A stretch of 64,000 bases of DNA from an uncultured Lutibacter sp. Lineage in GTDB: Bacteria > Bacteroidota > Bacteroidia > Flavobacteriales > Flavobacteriaceae. Under the pieces are notes generated by a model, which saw only the letters and a program-made list of their open reading frames with translations, ran no database searches and was not told where the DNA came from. Location of the stretch: positions 2,569-66,568 of the forward strand of contig NZ_CALAEQ010000049.1 in assembly GCF_937891065.1 (NCBI RefSeq), in the 5' to 3' direction. The position numbers and the translations under genes are program-made. Positions 57,273 through 64,000 of this stretch are shown here, one piece after another. Numbering within the stretch: the stretch's first letter is position 1; each line of letters starts with the position of its first letter.

Positions 57273-58709
57273 GTGAGTAAAGAAATTATATTAGAAAGTT
57301 TTAAAAACTTGTTATATGAACTAAGTTCAATTAATGATATATATAATAAATCTAAAAAAGAAGAACTACAAAAAGCACTTAAAAATGCAGATGATCTTAT
57401 TTTTCTGAATCATAGTAGTTTTAGTACATTTTATGAATGTGTAAATGAATATATATGCTCAGGATATAAACCATATTCTACTAATATATTTAATAAAACC
57501 ATATTGGGTCCAGATATTAAAAAGAGAATACCCTTAGTTGAAGTAAAAGTAATTTACAATCAGTTAATTAAGTTAATAGAAGATGAAATGTCTAGTGGCC
57601 TTATAGATACGAATGCTGCTATTAAGAATGACAATCAATTAGGTGCAGAAAAAGTGATATTGTCTAGTATTACAGGTGTAAATGACGAAATTGTTGAGTT
57701 GCATAAAGCTTTAAGTATAAATGCACTTTCTAAAGCTAAACTTCAAATAAAAACAGATAGATATGTAAAGGAAATAGTTTCATTGATTAACAGCGTGTTG
57801 CTAAATGATATATATAGAATTTTTGAGAAGCGTAAAATTAATGAAGAAGTGCTGCTTGAAATTTTCCGTTTAAATCCTAAGCCTAAAAATGATTACATTC
57901 AAAAGTGGGTAGATTGTACGGTAGCTCCCAATGAAATCAAAAGGTTTAAAACTATAGATTATTGGGCAGAAATTATGGAGTTTGAGTTGGATGATGATGA
58001 AATTCAAAAAATTGAGGTTCATCAGAAAAAAACATTTTTAGAAGGGGTTAAGTTAAAATTGGATTTAGAAATTAATAAATTAAATAGTTTGCCAAATAAA
58101 CTTTTTATTGTTGAGCAAAACAAAAACCTTTTAGAAAAATTCTTTATTGGAAATGCAACAAATGAAGATGAAGTTAGGCTAAAAAAAATATTCAATTTTA
58201 ATGATTCAGCTGAAGTGTTATTAGCGTATGATAATGTTCTCAATGAAAAAGTTGGTTTTGATCAATTTACCATTTTCAGTAAAAATGGTGGTTATTCGTC
58301 AATATTTATTGCAGCTTTCTTTATGCTTTATCTTGAAAGTATAAAAAGTGACACAAAAGATACAGGAAGTGAACAGCAAACTTTTAATTCTATCCTTCCT
58401 GATATTGAAAGTAGGAAATTTGTAATGAAAACACTTGAAGACTTGAGAATTACTGTAGATGGAAAATCTGTTTTAACACCAAGAAAAAAAGGTGCACTAA
58501 GGGGAGTTGTGGAGGCTTTGAGAGAGAAATTGATTATTCCAAATATTGGTTTAGCATTACTTTGTAATTTAATAGCTGAAGAAATTCAATTAGAATTAAA
58601 ATCAGAATTAGACGCTTCAAATATTTCAGAAAAATATAAAAAAGAAGCACTAGAATACATAAAAAACAACCCATTTCACCAAAATACTTCCATTATAAGG
58701 GTTTTATAA
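57273..58709 (+). CDS. hypothetical protein, 478 aa (island cargo, no recognisable domain)
   Basis: Long uninterrupted ORF. An in-frame TAA at 57261 leaves GTG 57273 as the only plausible start. The protein looks mostly helical and Lys/Glu/Asn-rich, with no catalytic motif I recognise. Confidence 0.55.
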   Translation: MSKEIILESFKNLLYELSSINDIYNKSKKEELQKALKNADDLIFLNHSSFSTFYECVNEYICSGYKPYSTNIFNKTILGPDIKKRIPLVEVKVIYNQLIKLIEDEMSSGLIDTNAAIKNDNQLGAEKVILSSITGVNDEIVELHKALSINALSKAKLQIKTDRYVKEIVSLINSVLLNDIYRIFEKRKINEEVLLEIFRLNPKPKNDYIQKWVDCTVAPNEIKRFKTIDYWAEIMEFELDDDEIQKIEVHQKKTFLEGVKLKLDLEINKLNSLPNKLFIVEQNKNLLEKFFIGNATNEDEVRLKKIFNFNDSAEVLLAYDNVLNEKVGFDQFTIFSKNGGYSSIFIAAFFMLYLESIKSDTKDTGSEQQTFNSILPDIESRKFVMKTLEDLRITVDGKSVLTPRKKGALRGVVEALREKLIIPNIGLALLCNLIAEEIQLELKSELDASNISEKYKKEALEYIKNNPFHQNTSIIRVL

Positions 58710-58775
58710 GGGTGACCTAATAGCTACCCGTCAATCATGCAACCTTGCAGTATAATATTAAATAAATATACCAAT

Positions 58776-59069
58776 ATGGAAGTAATTATTTTAAGTGTAG
58801 AACAATTCACTAAAATCGAAAATAGTATAGAAGAACTAAAGAAGAAAATAGAAGGAAGCCAAAAGTCACCAAAAATCACATTTCTAGACAATCAAGAATT
58901 TATTCAACTTATGAATATTAGCAAACGTACCGCCCAAACCTGGAGAGACAATAGCGTTATACCCTTTTCGCAGATTGGCAATAAAATCTATTACAAAATT
59001 AGTAATGTAGAGATGCTTTTAGAAAAGAATTCTCATAATGCTTTCAGGAATGAAAGAAAACAATCTTAA
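58776..59069 (+). CDS. helix-turn-helix (MerR/excisionase-like, HTH_17) DNA-binding protein
   Basis: FLDNQEFIQLMNISKRTAQTWRDNSVIPFSQIGNKIYY is typical of Bacteroidota mobile-element Xis-like proteins. The start is taken at ATG 58776. Confidence 0.7.
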   Translation: MEVIILSVEQFTKIENSIEELKKKIEGSQKSPKITFLDNQEFIQLMNISKRTAQTWRDNSVIPFSQIGNKIYYKISNVEMLLEKNSHNAFRNERKQS

Positions 59070-59079
59070 TTGTCAGGTT

Positions 59080-59844
59080 ATGAGTAAATCAACTATAGAA
59101 TGGACTAACACCACATGGAACCCAGTAACAGGATGTGATAAAGTATCCCAGGGATGTAAATATTGTTACGCAGAAATAATGTCCAAAAGGCTTCAGGCAA
59201 TGGGAGTAAAAAAATATAAAGACAATTTTAAAGTTAGGGAACACCCAGAGACACTTAAAGAACCTTCCACTTGGAAAAAACCAAGATTGGTATTCGTAAA
59301 CTCGATGAGCGATTTATTTCATAAAGAAGTTTCTACAGACTTTATTAAGCAAGTTTTTAAAGTGATGAACGAAAACCCCAAACACACCTTTCAAGTATTA
59401 ACAAAACGAGCAGACAGGTTATTGGAACTAAGTTCAGAGATAAATTGGACACCAAATATTTGGATGGGTGTTTCTGTTGAAAATGAGGATGTATTAGAAC
59501 GAGTAGATTATTTAAAGCAAACTGGAGCGCAAATTAAGTTTTTATCTATTGAACCATTATTGGGGCCTGTTGATGATTTAAATCTTAATGGTATTAACTG
59601 GGTAATAGTTGGTGGTGAAAGTGGACCAAAATCAAGACCAATGAAAGTTGAGTGGGTAAACCAAATACACAAAAAGTGCACTGAAGTTGGTGCACCATTC
59701 TTTTTCAAACAATGGGGTACCTGGGGATCTGATGGTATAAAACGAAGTAAAAAAACCAATGGAAGGCTTTTAAATGGTAGAACTTATGATGAAATTGAAA
59801 CAACAGCTGCTAACTATTTATTAACTAACAAATTAAAAAAGTAA
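59080..59844 (+). CDS. DUF5131 (phage Gp37/Gp68) family protein
   Basis: The N-terminus is IEWTNTTWNPVTGCDKVSQGCKYCYAE. Internal FVNSMSDLFH, SIEPLLGP and VIVGGESGP motifs are characteristic of this family. The start is taken at ATG 59080. Confidence 0.75.
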   Translation: MSKSTIEWTNTTWNPVTGCDKVSQGCKYCYAEIMSKRLQAMGVKKYKDNFKVREHPETLKEPSTWKKPRLVFVNSMSDLFHKEVSTDFIKQVFKVMNENPKHTFQVLTKRADRLLELSSEINWTPNIWMGVSVENEDVLERVDYLKQTGAQIKFLSIEPLLGPVDDLNLNGINWVIVGGESGPKSRPMKVEWVNQIHKKCTEVGAPFFFKQWGTWGSDGIKRSKKTNGRLLNGRTYDEIETTAANYLLTNKLKK

Positions 59845-59847
59845 GCT

Positions 59848-60303
59848 ATGAGCAATATATTTAACAACTTTATACGAACAAATAAATTTAATAACGCAAA
59901 TAGGTACATTTTGATAAAGATGGAATCAAAATTAGATAAAATCTTAGAGATGATCCACGATAAAACTAACCCTGACAAAATTTTTATTGACGAAGAAACT
60001 TATACTCAAGTAATAATTCATATAGAGGGAATTGATAAGCTTTGGCATACTATAAAAAACCATTCTGAAAATATGAAATATGTTTATGACACTCTAATAC
60101 AAATTGAAGATTTAATAAACATTAATATTAGACATTTTGACAACAAAACTTTTAATAGTGATATTAGTGCTCCTTATCCAGCAGTTGGTCGAACCTTTAG
60201 AGATGGTAAACCTTATATTTATTTAGATAAAATGAATTCATCTTCTAAAACAGATACAGATAGCGTGTTAAAAGGGGCTGAAAATAAAAAGGGTTTAGTA
60301 TGA
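59848..60303 (+). CDS. hypothetical protein (151 aa; alternative start at ATG 59920)
   Basis: ORF tightly coupled to its neighbours, with a 4-nt overlap onto the downstream ATPase gene. No motif recognised. Confidence 0.45.
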   Translation: MSNIFNNFIRTNKFNNANRYILIKMESKLDKILEMIHDKTNPDKIFIDEETYTQVIIHIEGIDKLWHTIKNHSENMKYVYDTLIQIEDLININIRHFDNKTFNSDISAPYPAVGRTFRDGKPYIYLDKMNSSSKTDTDSVLKGAENKKGLV

Positions 60304-61409
60304 AAAAAAACATAACAAACCCTAAAAATCTTTTGGAACAAAGACAAGGGCAAGATACAAAATTAATTTCAAAGTTTGAAGATTTAAGTACACCTGAAAC
60401 AGTTACAAATCATACTCAGAACACTCATGAGCAAGCTTCTAGTAAAAATTTATTTGTTGTTATGACTGCAAATCAATGGATTGATGAAGCAAAAAACAGA
60501 CCCATTCCTAAAATGCTTTTTAGTGAATTTTGGTTTGAGGGTGAAATATGCATTCTCTTTGCAGACACTAATTTAGGAAAGTCAATTCTTGCAGTTCAAA
60601 TAGGCGACAGCATAAGTACTGGAGAGCAAATTAAAGGTTTCAAATTAGAAGCATTAGGGCAATCGGTGCTATACTTCGACTTTGAACTATCCGACAAGCA
60701 ATTTCAAAATAGATATTCAATAGACTATGTAGATGAATATAAATTCAGTCCGAATTTTAAAAGAGTAGAAATCAATCCAGAAGCAGATATACCAGCAAAG
60801 AAATCTTTTGAAGACTATCTTAATGATGAGCTAGAAAATGAAATAATTAGAACCAATACTAAGATTTTAATTATCGACAATCTCACATACTTGAGAAATG
60901 AAACCGAACAGGCAAAAAATGCACTTCCTTTAATGAAGCATTTAAAAGCCTTGAAAAAGAAGTATGACTTATCAATTTTAGTATTAGCTCACACACCAAA
61001 AAGAGACCTATCAAAACCAATTACAAGAAATGATTTAGCAGGTAGTAAAATGCTGATTAATTTCTGTGATAGTGTATTTACAATTGGAGAAAGTAGCAGC
61101 AATAAAAATATAAGATATTTAAAACAAATCAAGGCTCGTAATACTGAAATATTATATGATTCTGAAAATGTAATTGTTTGCCATATAGAAAAGCCAATCA
61201 ATTTTCTAAAATTCATTTTAGTTGATCTAGGAACAGAGTTAGATCACCTAAAACAATTAACAAAAGAAGATAAAGAAAAGACAAAAATAGCAGTTTTAGA
61301 ATTGACTGATAAAGGAGTTTCAAATGTCGAAATTGGCAAAAAATTAGGCATTCACGAGAGTACCGTACGAAAGTATAAAAAACAAAACATCTCATTATCA
61401 GATTATTAA
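60300..61409 (+). CDS. RepA/AAA_25-like P-loop ATPase with C-terminal HTH
   Basis: Walker A (ADTNLGKS), Walker B-like (KILIIDNLTY) and a RecA/DnaB-like core. The C-terminal GVSNVEIGKKLGIHESTVRKY is a LuxR/sigma-70 region-4-type HTH. Confidence 0.7.
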   Translation: MKKNITNPKNLLEQRQGQDTKLISKFEDLSTPETVTNHTQNTHEQASSKNLFVVMTANQWIDEAKNRPIPKMLFSEFWFEGEICILFADTNLGKSILAVQIGDSISTGEQIKGFKLEALGQSVLYFDFELSDKQFQNRYSIDYVDEYKFSPNFKRVEINPEADIPAKKSFEDYLNDELENEIIRTNTKILIIDNLTYLRNETEQAKNALPLMKHLKALKKKYDLSILVLAHTPKRDLSKPITRNDLAGSKMLINFCDSVFTIGESSSNKNIRYLKQIKARNTEILYDSENVIVCHIEKPINFLKFILVDLGTELDHLKQLTKEDKEKTKIAVLELTDKGVSNVEIGKKLGIHESTVRKYKKQNISLSDY

Positions 61410-61417
61410 CTTTATAT

Positions 61418-61470
61418 TTCGTATGATTCGTATACCTCGTACACTATACGAGGTATACGAACTGTACGAA
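61418..61470. repeat. 53-bp palindrome with TTCGTA repeats (candidate ori or protein-binding site)
   Basis: Perfect 15-bp arms ttcgtatacctcgta / tacgaggtatacgaa (61427-61441 and 61447-61461) around the loop cacta. The arms extend to 24 nt with 3 mismatches. Confidence 0.7.
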
Positions 61471-62170
61471 TTGAACCCTAAAAACTCAGCTTACAAATCA
61501 TTTATATCATTTGCTTCTTAAAAAATAATAAACTTTGCTTCGATATCCCTGGGATAGAATCTATACATTTTAGAGTCATTATTAATTTAAATTGTAGCTA
61601 TAAAGAATTAGTCAATGTAAGCGATATAGATTTCTAAATACCATTTTTGATTTGTAGATAAAAACAGAGGAGTGTCCACACCACCCATAATTCGACCCCT
61701 AACGAAGGATATTGATTTTGAGACCATGTGGCTGCATAGCATTAAAGTCTTTGTTCAGTATCCTAATATTACCTCAAATGGATGTTTTGTCTTTGGTTTT
61801 TAGCTGATTTTTTCTCAGGTTTTGAGCATAAATAATCAATATTTAAGCTATAATATTCATTTTTTATCTTGTTTTTTTTTGATAGTTATACGAATCAAAA
61901 TTTTCAGTTAAAATAGAATCACTATAAATTAGATTGAGAATGTAAACCTGGGGATATATTTATTAAATTAGACAGACCTAAAAATCCTATTAAAAATTGC
62001 TAGTTACATTAACTTAAATTTATCTCTGAATTTGTAATGATAAACAGTTTGTTTCTAATAGATATAACAAGTTAGCCATTTCTTGTAGCTTTTAAAAATC
62101 AATGATTCATTTAATATTAAAGCACTTACTTATTTCTATATTTCTTTACATTCCCTAGATAATTCATTTT

Positions 62171-63160
62171 TTAAATTACACTAAATTGAAATGTCGTTTC
62201 ATTAATATATTCTTCCCCTGGTTTTAATATTGAAGTCGGAAATATTTTATTATTAGGCGCATCGGGAAAATTCTGTGTTTCAAAACAAATAGCTGAAAAT
62301 TTAGAATAACTAACTCCATTTTTATAAGTCAAATCAGGTAATTTTACAGGTGTATAAACTACACCTGCAGGTTGATTGGTATAAACTTCCATTTGTATTC
62401 CTTTTTTTGGGGACATTAATAAAGCTTTTAATCTTTCATCTCCAAAGACAAATGTATCATCAAAACCTTTAAAATCTCTTCTTCCAAGTAGTGACATTTT
62501 ATTTCTATCAAAACGGGTGTTCAATGAATTTATCAATTCTCCTGAAGGAATTAATTGTTCATTTACCTCTAAATAATATGGACTATTAATTAATAATTTA
62601 TGATCTAATATAGTGCCTTTTCCATCTAAATTAAAATAAGAATGATTGGTTAAATTGACGTGTGTTTCAGCATCTGATTTTGCTTTATATGTAATTTTAA
62701 CTTCATTATCTTCGCTAAGCTGATAGGTTACAAAAGTTTTTAAATTCCCCGGATAGCCTTCCTCTAAATGTTCGCTGAAACAAGATAATGTTACTTGTGG
62801 GTTTCTTCCTTCATTTAAACTTACAACTTCCCAATATTTTTTATCAAGTCCAATTTTTCCACCATGTAAGTGAACACCATTTTCATGATGAATTGGATAT
62901 ACCTCATCATTAATTTTAAAGCATCCTCTAGAAATTCTACCAGCATATCTTCCAACTGAACTACCTAAATACAGCCCTTTTTCCAAATAAATCGGTTTAA
63001 TATAATCTTCAGCAGATTCTAAACCAATAACTACATTTATGAGTTCTTTATTTTTATCGGGGACCATTAAGCTTATTATGGTAGCTCCAAAATTAGAAAC
63101 TTGTAATTCTAACCCATTTGAATTTATGAGTTTTATTGCTATAATTTGTTGAACCATCAC
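62171..63160 (-). CDS. galM: aldose 1-epimerase (galactose mutarotase)
   Basis: 329 aa with GRYAGRI, HLHGG and NLTNHSYFNL motifs. Confidence 0.85.
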   Translation of the reverse strand: MMVQQIIAIKLINSNGLELQVSNFGATIISLMVPDKNKELINVVIGLESAEDYIKPIYLEKGLYLGSSVGRYAGRISRGCFKINDEVYPIHHENGVHLHGGKIGLDKKYWEVVSLNEGRNPQVTLSCFSEHLEEGYPGNLKTFVTYQLSEDNEVKITYKAKSDAETHVNLTNHSYFNLDGKGTILDHKLLINSPYYLEVNEQLIPSGELINSLNTRFDRNKMSLLGRRDFKGFDDTFVFGDERLKALLMSPKKGIQMEVYTNQPAGVVYTPVKLPDLTYKNGVSYSKFSAICFETQNFPDAPNNKIFPTSILKPGEEYINETTFQFSVI

Positions 63161-63191
63161 TTTTAATTAATTTTATAATACAATTTTCAAA

Positions 63192-64000
63192 TTAACTGTT
63201 TCTTTTCTTTTCCCATTCCCAAGATGATTCTGTCATATCATCTAGTGTTAATATAGGATTCCAATTCAATTCTTCTTTTGCTTTAGAAGTACTTGCGTAT
63301 AAAATTGGCACATCTCCTTCTCTTTTAGAGGCGAATGAATAATTTAATTTTTGTTTTGTTGTTTTCTCAAAAGAAGCTATTACATCTAAAACTGAGTAAC
63401 CGATTCCTGTACCAATATTAAAAATTTCAAAATTCTCAAGTACTTCATTTCGTATCAATCTTTGAAGTGCCAAAACATGTGCTTTTGCAAGATCCACCAC
63501 ATGAATGTAGTCTCTTACGGCCGTACCATCTTTTGTTTTATAATCATTCCCAAATATTTTTAGCTCATCTCTAAGCCCTAAAGCTGTTTGTGTAATAAAT
63601 GGCATTAAATTATTTGGAATACCAGTAGGAGTTTCGCCTAAATTACCTGAGCTGTGGGCTCCTATTGGGTTAAAATACCTTAATGATATTGCTTTAAAGT
63701 TTATTGATGCTTTTGAAAAATCTTCAATTATTTCTTCTCCAATTTTTTTGGTATTGCCATAAGGTGATGTAGGTCTTTTTGTTGTTGAATTTTCGTTTAA
63801 CGGAAAACAATCTGGCAATCCATAAACGGTTGCTGATGAAGAGAATATTAAATTTCTTATTCCAAACCTATTCATACCTTCAAGAACATTTAACAATATA
63901 TTTAAATTGTTATGATAATATTGAAGAGGCATTTTCACACTTTCTCCTACAGCTTTAAATGCAGCAAAATTAATTAATCCTACTGCATCCTTATTGCTTT
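63192..64000 (-). CDS. galE: UDP-glucose 4-epimerase, C-terminal ~270 aa (N-terminus beyond the window end)
   Basis: YGNTK, RYFNPIGAH and VRDYIHVVDLA motifs. The reading frame stays open upstream of the ORF-track Met (AFKAVGESVKMPLQYY) to the window edge. Confidence 0.85.
   Translation of the reverse strand, partial: SNKDAVGLINFAAFKAVGESVKMPLQYYHNNLNILLNVLEGMNRFGIRNLIFSSSATVYGLPDCFPLNENSTTKRPTSPYGNTKKIGEEIIEDFSKASINFKAISLRYFNPIGAHSSGNLGETPTGIPNNLMPFITQTALGLRDELKIFGNDYKTKDGTAVRDYIHVVDLAKAHVLALQRLIRNEVLENFEIFNIGTGIGYSVLDVIASFEKTTKQKLNYSFASKREGDVPILYASTSKAKEELNWNPILTLDDMTESSWEWEKKRNS

Larger units (their letters stand above)
55779..61470 (+). mobile_element. small integrative element next to tRNA-Asp; the right boundary is unresolved and could extend to about 62170
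   Basis: A tyrosine integrase lies directly downstream of a tRNA. It is followed by co-oriented Xis-like HTH, DUF5131 and RepA-like ATPase genes, orphan ORFs and a terminal palindrome. Housekeeping genes flank both sides. Confidence 0.65.

Noticed and set aside
2235-61395. Many ORF-track entries lying antisense or out of frame inside larger, well-supported genes: 2235-2534, 5602-5790, 8322-8576, 8862-9089, 10787-11134, 11476-11739, 12013-12237, 12807-13199, 14523-14708, 14951-15157, 16422-16613, 21510-21719, 25580-25789, 27997-28224, 30213-30506, 30510-30719, 30832-31065, 31256-31444, 31547-31843, 32531-32725, 33404-33616, 35381-35635, 37449-37673, 38803-39003, 38955-39170, 40279-40563, 41987-42199, 42551-42739, 43141-43410, 46350-46628, 51649-51852, 54026-54271, 58022-58243, 59508-59759, 60989-61216 and 61213-61395.
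   Set aside because: Each overlaps a longer ORF that has clear family motifs. Their translations are low-complexity or hydrophobic strings with no motifs, typical of shadow ORFs in AT-rich DNA.
61677-61700. gagtgtccacacc partially resembles the tRNA-Asp 3' end (gagtcccgtccagacc) and might mark attR.
   Set aside because: The match needs a 3-nt deletion and a substitution, and the flanks do not continue the similarity. It is within chance expectation for this search space. A shared 7-mer gagtgtc near 55840 and a tatttcttt match near 62140 are equally unconvincing.
61650-61730. 26-codon minus-strand mini-ORF (MGGVDTPLFLSTNQKWYLEIYIAYID) in the island tail.
   Set aside because: It has no supporting start context, promoter box or terminator, and no compositional peculiarity comparable to the metY leader ORFs.
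1-64000. Searched by eye for CRISPR arrays, rRNA genes, IS elements with terminal inverted repeats and a transposase, toxin-antitoxin pairs, and retron or DGR-type reverse-transcriptase loci.
   Set aside because: There are no regularly spaced direct repeats, no transposase or reverse-transcriptase motifs, and no rRNA-like sequence. The only RNA gene found is tRNA-Asp.

Overview
AT-rich chromosome segment from a Bacteroidota, Flavobacteriaceae-type genome. This call rests on gldB-gldC gliding genes, a GLPGLI-family protein, DUF5686 and CarboxypepD_reg outer-membrane proteins, A-rich SD-less start contexts and TAnnTTTG -7 promoter boxes. Layout: (1) 1-16 kb housekeeping: nadE fragment, gldBC, an HPPK-deoxynucleoside kinase fusion, sppA, thyA/folA, a nucleoside transporter, etfAB and pdhB. 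(2) 16-22 kb: three pyrophosphatases in a row, one soluble Ppa, one canonical membrane PPase and one strongly divergent membrane PPase. (3) 22-33 kb: a two-component system, outer-membrane proteins, an NfnAB/GltD-like pair and metK. (4) 33.9-52.7 kb: a large sulfur-assimilation and methionine supercluster: metY, a MetX-aspartokinase-homoserine dehydrogenase triple fusion, a metB/Z-like gene, cysH, cysD, cysN, sulfite reductase, the siroheme genes, a split metH and metF. It is controlled by two SAM-I riboswitches. (5) 55.6-62.2 kb: tRNA-Asp followed by a small integrase-bearing island with orphan cargo. (6) galM and a partial galE. The most unusual signal I see is two tandem Met/Cys-rich mini-ORFs, each followed by its own intrinsic terminator, directly upstream of metY. 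This looks like a tandem leader-peptide attenuator responding to Met/Cys, beside genes that use SAM riboswitches instead. I do not know of a described family of this kind. Second in interest is the tRNA-Asp island: integrase, a 478-aa orphan, an Xis-like HTH protein, a DUF5131 protein, a RepA-like ATPase and a 53-bp palindrome. A ~25-nt repeat family (TGTCACACTGAGCTTGTCGAAGTGT) also sits in many intercistronic gaps. All functional calls come from reading the translated ORFs against remembered family motifs. No searches were run.
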